DNA from: a virus
Virus record (IMG/VR): IMGVR_UViG_3300036979_001044
Span: 32,811 to 96,810 of that record
Length of the DNA: 64,000 nt
Direction: 5' to 3' (one strand)
Part shown: piece after piece, positions 56,688 to 64,000 of the stretch
How positions within the stretch are numbered: the stretch's first letter is position 1
Layout of the letters: each line of letters opens with the position of its first letter
The notes under the pieces: generated by a model
The model's database searches: none
The model's input: the letters and a program-made list of their open reading frames with translations, nothing else
Told to the model about the DNA's origin: nothing
Translations under genes and position numbers: made by a program

Positions 56688-59600
56688 TTACTTGTCGCCC
56701 GGGAAGTACACGTCGCCCTGGGTCCGCGCCGGGCGAAGCATCCCCGCCCTGGAACCCTGCACCAGTTGCTCGTGCTCAGAGGTGTTGACCACATCCTGGA
56801 GCGTGCGCTGGGCGCCGTCGCCGCAGCTCGGGCACACCGCCAGGCTCTTGGCCATGAGGTTGTGGCAGGAGGTGCAGCGCACCCGCTGGCTCAGGAACAG
56901 ACTGGTGGGCGCTACCTGCGGGCTCTCCCCGTGGTAGAAGCCCTCCGACTTGGCCAGCTCGCTCGCCGCGAGGTCGGCCTGGTTGCTGTAGCTCACCAAC
57001 GCGTCGGCGCCCTGGTTCCAGATGATCCCCTCGGGGCGCGGAGCGGGCGCACTGCGCTCGGGGGCGACTCCGCGGCCGAACTCCACATCCTGGCTCTTGC
57101 GCAACTCGCTCACCGCCTGGGCAACTTCCTTGCGGACCATGTCTCTTTGATTCTGATGGATGGCCATGGACTTGGCTGTCTCGATCGGCTTCTTGCCCGG
57201 CTTGAGCTGGTCGGACACCTTGTCGTCATCGTCCGAGAGCACGTCCTCGGGCACGCTCGGGGCGCCGGGCTGCTTGCTGTCCGAGTCGTCCTCCCCGCTG
57301 GTCTCCCCCACGCCGTCGACCTTGCCGCCCTGCTCCTCGCCGGTTCCGAGCTTCTCCTTCGGCCCGCCCTCGGGCATGCTCTGCGCCTTGGCCAGGTACT
57401 CGTCCAGTGCATCGATCCGGCTCATGGATTTTTTCCTTTCTTCTGGCTGGTACGGTACGCCCCCGTAAGTCTCACCTTCCTCTGGGGCGAACATATTTCC
57501 CGATGCCGCTGCATGATTTCTGGAAGCGTCATAAGCGGTCTTCGCGTACTCCTCGATCGCCTCCAACTTCTGGCGCAACTTCTCGGGGGCCTCGTCCCGA
57601 TACAAGCCTGTGTAATCGTCTTTGGTGAAAACATTTCCCCCGTACTGTTTAGCGATTTCGTCATGGAGCCGATCACTTAACTCCCTAGCCTGTTCCGCTT
57701 CCTTCTTGTGCGCAGCCGCCGCATCCCGATGATCGTACTTGTGGTAATCCGGACGCTGTTTCCGCATCTCGCCATCCGCCCGCCAACCGACGCTCGCAGC
57801 GGAATAATGCTCCCGGGACATGGCCGAATGGATTGGCTTCCCGTCCTTGGTTTTCCCAATCACCTTATCCTTTTTCAAGAACTCAGCGACCTGCTTTGTC
57901 GCCGGCGAGCCCTTGCCTTTCGCTGCCGCCATGGATGTCTGCTTCTGCATCCCCTGCCAGACCTTCCGATGCTGATCGGAAATTGCCATGTGGGCCCCGC
58001 TCATATCGGGATGATGGCTAAACTGCTCCGCAGCGGCCCAATGGGCCCGTTCCGCCCTTTGGTGCGCCAAGACAGACGCATTCCCAAGCTTAGCCGCCTC
58101 TGCCGCCTGGGAAGTATCGATCGCGCTTCGGTGTGCAACCGCCCACTTGTCCTTGACGCTGTCAGGATATTCATACCGCCATTTCCCGTTGGCGCCTCTC
58201 CATCTCCGAGCATAGTTCCCCCCGTAGACACCACCCGCTTTTTCCAGATACTCGTCCAGCTGCTCGATCGCCTCCATGGATTTCTTCACCTTCTCTTTTT
58301 TCTGGAATGGATTCTCCTTCTTTTCTGGAACCGGCTGGCCCGGCTTCGGGGGGCCGGACGGAGCCTGCCCGCCGCCCGGGTTGGTCGGCACGGTCTTCAT
58401 ACCCGGATCGGGCTGCGGGGCCTGGGGCGCTCCCGCGGCCGGCTGCATCTGGGCCGGGGGCATGCCCGGGGCCGGCTTGGGGGCCGGCGGGGCCATCTGT
58501 CCGGGCTGTGCCCCGAACTGTCCGGGGGGTGGCACCGGGAGTTTGGCTACTGGCGGCTGGCCGGGTTGCTGACCGGGCACCGGGGGCTGACCGGGGGGCA
58601 CCGGGCCCTTGGCCAGCGGGGGCTGGCCCGGCGGCACCGGGGGCTGCCCTGGCGCCGGGGGTTGGCCCGCGACCGGAGGCTGCCCTGGCGGAGGCATGGG
58701 CTGCCCAGGAGCCGGAGGCTGGCCGGGCTGCGCGCCAAAGGCTCCTTGCGCCTTATTGGCCATGTAGCTGGTGGTCACGATGGCCGCCGCCTTGGCATGG
58801 TCTGCCCCGACCTGATAGTGCTCGGCGGAGAGGGTGGGGTCGTCCTTGAGCGACTGGGCCGCCTTCATGTGCGCCTGGGTCGCGTTCTGGTGCGCCCCGA
58901 TGAGGTCGCCGGCCGTGCCCGGGTGGGTCTCGGCGGTGTTGCTCGCGTCGATGGCTTGCTTGTGGTCGGGGTGGTCGCTCTCGTAGAGCCACTTGCCCGC
59001 CGGCCCCTTCCAGCGCCGGGTGTACGCGCCACCGATCCCGCCCGGGGGAACTGGAGCCTGGCCCGGACCGATACCCGGAGTAGCCGGAGCGGCCGGAGGA
59101 GGGAAGGCCTTTTCCAGATAGTCGTCGAGCTGATCGATCGCATCCATGGATTTCTCTCCTTCTGCCTTTGCGGATTGATAACCTGTCGGCATGAGCATTC
59201 CAGAGTTACCCTGCATCCCCAGCGCGGTTTCTACATGATGCAATTGCTTCCGGATGCCCTCAAATTCCGTAGTTTCCTGGGGAGACCAGGGCCGCGCCTT
59301 GCGCTGGTCCATAAACTTCTCCGCCACCACCTTGAGTTGCTGGTGCATGTCGCGCAGCTTCCCCACCGCCGTATCGAAATCGTCGTAGTCCTTCGGGGAC
59401 AGAGCTTCAGGCTTCGCGCTCTGGTACCCCTTGATCTCCTCGATCAGCTTGTCCCCCTGGTCCACCAGCGCGTTCGCGCCCCCCTTTGCGCGCGGTGCCT
59501 CCTGCACCTCTTTGCCGGTCGCCACATCGATCACCCGGCCGGTAGGCACCATGCGAATTTTCCCGGTGGGATTGCCTTGCGCGTCCAGAATCGGGTCATG

Positions 59601-61055
59601 CCCTCGCTCCCCTTCTTTGTAGTAAGCGGGGACCTTCGGTTTTTGGGTGATGTCGATCCCACGCGACTCGTACATCAAGCGCTTCTGCCCCTCTCCTGTG
59701 CTGGTGTCGTAGTCCTTTTGCTCCTTCCAAGGGATCTTGTGCCCAGCATCCGCCCACTTTCCACCTCGGGGTCCGATGAAAGGGCCGCCAGCCTTTTCCA
59801 GATATTCTCCGAGGTCGTCGATTCCAGAAAGTGCTTTTTCCATATCAGTCTCCTCGTTCAGGGATTTTTTGACCTTGGGTTTGCGCCCAGAGACTGCGTA
59901 CAGCTTCTCGATGAACCCAGGACTCGTGGCCATCTTGTTGTGCCAGTCAGCGAGCTGATCATGGAGCAGCATGCGCTCCTTCCGCACGCCCTTGTGCGGT
60001 AGACTGGGGAGCTTGGTACCAGCCATCACCTCCGCGCCATAGTCGGAATGGAACTTCGCGGCCTCCATGTGATCATCGGCGGTCATCCCCTGCTCGTGTT
60101 GCTTGAGCAAGTAGTTGGCCGCCGTTTTCTGGAACGTAGCCGACGCCGGCTCGGGAGTGGTGTAGCCACTCGCCCAGCGCTGGTGCCAGGAGCTGGCCAT
60201 GCCGGTCGGCACCGCGGGGATGTCGACCTTGCCGGCTTTGCCGATGGGCGGGGTCGGAGTGGATTCGACCTTGGGCGCCTTCACGTCCGCCGCGACAACC
60301 TTGTGCCCATCTCCGCCGCCAGAGTAATCCCCGACGATAGGCTTGCCCTTGTCGGTAATCCGCCAGCGCGGCTGGCCGTTCCATACGCTCACCGTGGCCT
60401 CGAAGATCTTGTGCCCCGCGGGTCGCTTGAGCTTGACGTTGAAGTAGGGGATCTTGCTGCCCATCGCCCCGGTCATGTGCTCATCGATCTGCGGAGCGGT
60501 AACAGCCACGAACTTGTGGGTGCCGACGATGAGGTGGTCGCCAGTCTTGATCGGATCTCCGACCCAACCCTTCGGTGCCCCTGGTTGCGCTTCAGCGACC
60601 TGAGCGATTTGAGGTTTAGGCGGTTCAGGGGCCGGCGCACTTTCTGGAATGCTTGCCCCTTGGGCTGCCTCATGAAGTTTCTTGGCCCGCTCGCCAATGT
60701 ACTCCACCGCCTGGTGAGCGCGGTTGGCCATCTCGGGGTTGCCGCTTTCAGAAACTTTCGCAGCGTAGATCGCTGAAGCCCCACCATCCCCGCCGCCCTG
60801 GGCGTAGTGATGCGCTATCGCCGCGAGCCCATTCATGTGGCTGGCCATGTGCCCGGTGTTCTTGTCGGCCAAATTCTGGAAATGCTCCCCAGCCGTTGCC
60901 CACTGGCTGGCCGACAAGCCGTGCATGCCGGCTTTCTCGCCCTCGGGCTTCCAGGGCACCTTGTGCTCGGCGTCGGCCCACTTACCCCCGCGGGGGCCGA
61001 TGAAGGGGCCACCGGATTTCCAGAAATTCTCCCGAAGCAAAAACCGCGCTGGCAT
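56688..61055 (-). CDS. Modular putative internal head polyprotein with repeated linkers, Pro/Gln-rich region and C-terminal zinc ribbon
   Basis: Four K(S/A)(M/L)xxI(D/E)xL(D/G)(E/D)YL(E/A)KA linkers; two GPFIGPRGGKWAD modules; two GG.Y.RRW.G..GKW.YE modules; CTSC...CPSC. Confidence 0.75.
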   Translation of the reverse strand: MPARFLLRENFWKSGGPFIGPRGGKWADAEHKVPWKPEGEKAGMHGLSASQWATAGEHFQNLADKNTGHMASHMNGLAAIAHHYAQGGGDGGASAIYAAKVSESGNPEMANRAHQAVEYIGERAKKLHEAAQGASIPESAPAPEPPKPQIAQVAEAQPGAPKGWVGDPIKTGDHLIVGTHKFVAVTAPQIDEHMTGAMGSKIPYFNVKLKRPAGHKIFEATVSVWNGQPRWRITDKGKPIVGDYSGGGDGHKVVAADVKAPKVESTPTPPIGKAGKVDIPAVPTGMASSWHQRWASGYTTPEPASATFQKTAANYLLKQHEQGMTADDHMEAAKFHSDYGAEVMAGTKLPSLPHKGVRKERMLLHDQLADWHNKMATSPGFIEKLYAVSGRKPKVKKSLNEETDMEKALSGIDDLGEYLEKAGGPFIGPRGGKWADAGHKIPWKEQKDYDTSTGEGQKRLMYESRGIDITQKPKVPAYYKEGERGHDPILDAQGNPTGKIRMVPTGRVIDVATGKEVQEAPRAKGGANALVDQGDKLIEEIKGYQSAKPEALSPKDYDDFDTAVGKLRDMHQQLKVVAEKFMDQRKARPWSPQETTEFEGIRKQLHHVETALGMQGNSGMLMPTGYQSAKAEGEKSMDAIDQLDDYLEKAFPPPAAPATPGIGPGQAPVPPGGIGGAYTRRWKGPAGKWLYESDHPDHKQAIDASNTAETHPGTAGDLIGAHQNATQAHMKAAQSLKDDPTLSAEHYQVGADHAKAAAIVTTSYMANKAQGAFGAQPGQPPAPGQPMPPPGQPPVAGQPPAPGQPPVPPGQPPLAKGPVPPGQPPVPGQQPGQPPVAKLPVPPPGQFGAQPGQMAPPAPKPAPGMPPAQMQPAAGAPQAPQPDPGMKTVPTNPGGGQAPSGPPKPGQPVPEKKENPFQKKEKVKKSMEAIEQLDEYLEKAGGVYGGNYARRWRGANGKWRYEYPDSVKDKWAVAHRSAIDTSQAAEAAKLGNASVLAHQRAERAHWAAAEQFSHHPDMSGAHMAISDQHRKVWQGMQKQTSMAAAKGKGSPATKQVAEFLKKDKVIGKTKDGKPIHSAMSREHYSAASVGWRADGEMRKQRPDYHKYDHRDAAAAHKKEAEQARELSDRLHDEIAKQYGGNVFTKDDYTGLYRDEAPEKLRQKLEAIEEYAKTAYDASRNHAAASGNMFAPEEGETYGGVPYQPEERKKSMSRIDALDEYLAKAQSMPEGGPKEKLGTGEEQGGKVDGVGETSGEDDSDSKQPGAPSVPEDVLSDDDDKVSDQLKPGKKPIETAKSMAIHQNQRDMVRKEVAQAVSELRKSQDVEFGRGVAPERSAPAPRPEGIIWNQGADALVSYSNQADLAASELAKSEGFYHGESPQVAPTSLFLSQRVRCTSCHNLMAKSLAVCPSCGDGAQRTLQDVVNTSEHEQLVQGSRAGMLRPARTQGDVYFPGDK
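58330..58745 (-). repeat. Low-complexity PGQPP peptide repeats
   Basis: About 10 imperfect (P)PGQPP units in the translation; very GC-rich DNA. Confidence 0.75.
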
Positions 61056-61057
61056 CG

Positions 61058-61993
61058 TTATCTCCTCACGATGAACTTCGGTTGAAGGGACTTCTCAGCG
61101 CCTTCCGTGGCACCTGTCCTAAGATAGAACCGACCCTTGCGGAATTCCAGCTTTCCCCCCGCGCATCCCTTCAGCGCCTCCTCAACCTCGTCCGGGTGGA
61201 AGCGCTCAGCCATCTCGTCTCGAAGCTCGCGTAGGTGTGCTCCTTGATCCCCGCGCTCGCCGACCGCCTTGCAGATCTTCCCGTGCAGGTACTGGCGGCG
61301 CGCCTCCCGCCCATCCACATGAGCGTCGGGGCGCGATTGGTACTTCTCGGGATCGTAGATGTAGCGGTAGCCGTCTCCCTGGGGCACCCTTTTATGGTAA
61401 GCACCTCCCCGCGGCTCGGCCTTTTGCAAGTCCGCATTTGCGGAGGGTACGCCCTTTTGCAGCTCGTCGACCGTGACCACCTGGACCATCGACTTGCGCG
61501 CCGTCCTCCAGAAAGAAAGCGCCCGTTCCAGAATCGCCTGGCGCAGCTCGGGCTGGAGTCGGGCTTCCCGGGTCTGGGAGATGACTGCCTGCCGCAGCAC
61601 CAGCTCGTTGGTCGCCGAGGCTACCGCCTTTTCCAGAAAAGTCTCCCAGCTCTGCGAGGCCCTCGCATCGAAGCCCATCCCCCGAACCACGCTCGCCGCA
61701 CTTCCCATGGGGTCGGTGTTCTGGAGGAGTTGGGCAATCTCGGGCTGCCGCGGCATGCGCTCCAGATCACGCTGATCACGCATATCCGCCATTCGCTCCC
61801 GACTGGGGACCTGCCCGGGAATGCGCTGCAAACGGTACTGCACGGGTACCAGGCTTTTCCCAAGCCCGCCCATGCGCTTGAAGATACCCATGACATACCG
61901 CCAATCCTTAGCCCGACCTTGCGCTTCCGCCCTGGCCTTGGCCTTGCTCCAGAGACGTTCCTGCTCAGGGGAATGGACCACGTTCGCCGGCAT
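61058..61993 (-). CDS. Putative internal head protein
   Basis: Start MPANVV with an AGGAG RBS; LGK|SL, LEK|A, LQK|G and LQK|AEPRGGAYHKRVP...YRYIY. Confidence 0.65.
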   Translation of the reverse strand: MPANVVHSPEQERLWSKAKARAEAQGRAKDWRYVMGIFKRMGGLGKSLVPVQYRLQRIPGQVPSRERMADMRDQRDLERMPRQPEIAQLLQNTDPMGSAASVVRGMGFDARASQSWETFLEKAVASATNELVLRQAVISQTREARLQPELRQAILERALSFWRTARKSMVQVVTVDELQKGVPSANADLQKAEPRGGAYHKRVPQGDGYRYIYDPEKYQSRPDAHVDGREARRQYLHGKICKAVGERGDQGAHLRELRDEMAERFHPDEVEEALKGCAGGKLEFRKGRFYLRTGATEGAEKSLQPKFIVRR

Positions 61994-62066
61994 GCTGACT
62001 CTCCTTCCCATGGCTGGTTCTGGGGTCAGTATCAGCGCGGAACGCTGAAAAGACAACCCCCACCAA

Positions 62067-62480
62067 TCACGCGCTTACCCCATGACGCATGATCCCAATT
62101 CGGACCCGATTCTGTTCATGTTCAAAACCACAATTACAAGGTACCCCAAAACAAGGCAATCGGTGTGTAGCGTAGGTCATGAACGATCCGCGCAAATGAC
62201 CTAACTCGTAACGCAGCTTTCCCTCCTCACTCGAAGTTTTCTGGAGTGCCTCGCGTAGCGCCTCCAACTCTCGCTCCGCCATGGCCAACTCAAGTTCCGA
62301 TTCCCTCGCCAGACTATTCCGACCCTGTAGCTGGAAGATCAACTCATGCAACCGCTGCAACTCGTAGGTGAGCAACGCCGCAAGCGTTGCACTCGGATCT
62401 TGCCAAAGCGCCGAGTTGCCGGACTGCTCAACCGCAGCGGCGATAAGATTCTGCACCATGCTGTCAGGGGATGCGGCCAT
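62067..62480 (-). CDS. Hypothetical coiled-coil protein
   Basis: From MAASPDS; heptad region followed by H..PC...C.CG. Confidence 0.5.
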   Translation of the reverse strand: MAASPDSMVQNLIAAAVEQSGNSALWQDPSATLAALLTYELQRLHELIFQLQGRNSLARESELELAMAERELEALREALQKTSSEEGKLRYELGHLRGSFMTYATHRLPCFGVPCNCGFEHEQNRVRIGIMRHGVSA

Positions 62481-62970
62481 GAGGCTCCACCGGATTTTCC
62501 AGATATTGGAGAGCCTCCAGAATTGCCTCCAGCAAGCTCGGCTTGGGCTGGGTGTGGTAGTGCCAACGGCGATGGGGCCAGAGCGTAACGGTAAAAGCCT
62601 CGTAGCTCTTCCGCCGCTCGTCCCAGTTCCAGACTCGATGGATGCCCTGGAAGTCCGCGTGCGCGATGAGAGTGCCCAAGAGCACCGCAACGGTCGGCGG
62701 AGTGGACATCGCCGCATCAATCATGCGCTCGGCGTTGGTCTTCTTCTTGACCCAGCCGCGCCCTTCACAGCGCGGGCAGTCGAGCACCGCCGGAGCATGC
62801 GCTCCACCCCAGCCTCCCGCGCCCTCGCAGTTGGGGCAAAGCACCCGTTCAGTAAAACGCTCAGCCGCCTCGATCAAATTGGCGGGAATGCGATTGCGCT
62901 CCTCGATCTGCTGGTGCGGATATTCCGGAGGCAATGCCGGCGGCCATTCGTCTTCCCAGATCGATGTCAT
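62464..62970 (-). CDS. Protein with DnaJ-like CxxCxGxG zinc finger
   Basis: CPNCEGAG...CPRCEGRG; start MTSIW is ATGA-coupled. Confidence 0.6.
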   Translation of the reverse strand: MTSIWEDEWPPALPPEYPHQQIEERNRIPANLIEAAERFTERVLCPNCEGAGGWGGAHAPAVLDCPRCEGRGWVKKKTNAERMIDAAMSTPPTVAVLLGTLIAHADFQGIHRVWNWDERRKSYEAFTVTLWPHRRWHYHTQPKPSLLEAILEALQYLENPVEPHGRIP

Positions 62971-63071
62971 TTCCCACCTCGCTTCCACCAGTCGACTACC
63001 CACAACAGCGTCCAGACCAACAGCGTGAATGCCGCCACGACTGCCAGAGCTTCCCACAAATTGGATCGCAT
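62967..63071 (-). CDS. Small membrane peptide
   Basis: 34 aa MRSNLWEALAVVAAFTLLVWTLLWVVDWWKRGGK, with a GAGG RBS; its stop overlaps the next start. Confidence 0.45.
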   Translation of the reverse strand: MRSNLWEALAVVAAFTLLVWTLLWVVDWWKRGGK

Positions 63072-63220
63072 TCCGCCCTCAACCAAATAAACCCGATAGA
63101 TATCCATCGTACTGGAAAAACCAACGAGTCGCCGCAAGCGCTGCGCCCAGCAAAATGGCAATGATGGTCCAGAAAATTATGTCGGTATCCAGCACCCGAT
63201 CCAGCACCCGACCTATCCAC

Positions 63221-63430
63221 TCAAATCGCATCGTGCCTGTCCTCCCTCCCGCATACCGGGCACTGCTCCAGGGCGTGCAAATAACGAGTGTGCACCACGC
63301 AGTCGATTCCCTTTACCCGCAGGTAGTCAGCAAGCAAGCGCGCGTTGATCACATCATGAATAGCCAACTCGATCTCCTGGCGGAAACCGTGCTGAAAAAT
63401 CGTAATGTGGACTGTCTGAATATCAGGCAT
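63221..63430 (-). CDS. Hypothetical protein
   Basis: 69 aa with H...CPVCG. Confidence 0.45.
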   Translation of the reverse strand: MPDIQTVHITIFQHGFRQEIELAIHDVINARLLADYLRVKGIDCVVHTRYLHALEQCPVCGREDRHDAI

Positions 63431-63520
63431 CGCGTGCTCTCAATTCAAGGAGTCGGGCAGCTTCCAACGGGGAGAGCGAGCGCCACCGCCTTCCGCCGCC
63501 CGACTCCAACTTATACTACT

Positions 63521-64000
63521 CTACAACCAACCTCGCGGAGCCGGTAGCCAAGAGCTGTCAGACGGTGAATCGTTGCCAACTAGATCGGCCTGCACCTTGA
63601 CCTTGTCCTTTCCATTGCCTCCATCCTTTGCGCCAGTCAGCTCGCGCATCAAGTCGGCGATCTCTTCCCGACTGGGCGACTTGTTATACTCATCGCCAAA
63701 CGTGAATGCGAATCCGCCATGTCTGATAGCCTGATCGCATATCCAACAGCCCATCACCGTATCATCATGCCCACCAACACTTTGTAATTTACCTTCAGCC
63801 CATGTAAAGCTCCGCATCTCGTCAATCCACACCTCGGTCTCTTCAATCGATCGCCTGTCTCCACGCGGGATACGGAATTTCTTGTTCTCCAGAAGCACCC
63901 GCAAACTAGGCACTCCCTTGTCCAAACTGTTTTTCTGGACTCCAGTTGTAAACTCCTTGATCGGCAGATCAGTCAATCGAATCAGCTCATCGCCGAAGAT
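63521..64000 (-). CDS. terL: Terminase large subunit, C-terminal nuclease region (5' truncated)
   Basis: LLENKKFRIP...EMRSF...GGHDDTVM RNase H-like terminase C-terminus. The frame is open to the window edge and lies upstream of the portal. Confidence 0.85.
   Translation of the reverse strand: MFGDELIRLTDLPIKEFTTGVQKNSLDKGVPSLRVLLENKKFRIPRGDRRSIEETEVWIDEMRSFTWAEGKLQSVGGHDDTVMGCWICDQAIRHGGFAFTFGDEYNKSPSREEIADLMRELTGAKDGGNGKDKVKVQADLVGNDSPSDSSWLPAPRGWL

Noticed and set aside
57708-60002. Long plus-strand ORFs (also 34567..36315, 25450..26919, 48836..50296, 53312..54601)
   Set aside because: They are antisense shadows of GC-rich minus-strand genes with no recognisable motifs, unlike 45545..46135.
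446-61638. CRISPR array or tandem repeat based on TTCTGGAA
   Set aside because: The motif is only 8 bp, irregularly spaced, in both orientations and mostly inside genes. No repeat-spacer structure or cas genes were seen.
1-64000. Stop-codon reassignment, tRNA or rRNA genes, integrase or att sites
   Set aside because: Standard-code ORFs tile the minus strand densely and all three stops are used. I saw no RNA gene or integration signature, so prophage versus free phage cannot be decided.

Overview
This window is the virion morphogenesis region of a large, GC-rich contractile-tailed phage or prophage. Almost everything is on the minus strand. Read right to left, it runs: terminase large subunit (truncated), small ORFs, portal, a cluster of giant multi-domain proteins, prohead protease, scaffold, major capsid protein (SPO1/A511/K-like), head decoration proteins, a papain-like peptidase, a lone receiver domain and a holin-like gene, neck, sheath, tube, chaperones, tape measure, baseplate, and LamG/fibre genes. 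Three things stand out. (1) An apparent capsid-cargo system. Between terminase and protease, six genes share a short GPRGGK(WADxxHxxxW)-type module that follows a hydrophobic-x-K|A/S site. The same site occurs in the capsid propeptide and about 10 times in the scaffold. These genes carry putative enzyme payloads: HipA/PI3K-like kinase, ADP-ribosyltransferase-like domain, CCA-adding-type nucleotidyltransferase, inorganic pyrophosphatase, SNF2 helicase, zeta-toxin-like kinase and zincin protease. (2) The octamer TTCCAGAA/TTCTGGAA occurs roughly 85-90 times by eye, against about 1-2 expected from base composition, on both strands and in several reading frames. (3) An intein in the MuF protein has its endonuclease encoded on the opposite strand. 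All domain calls come from visual motif recognition, not database searches, and the host is not identifiable from this window.
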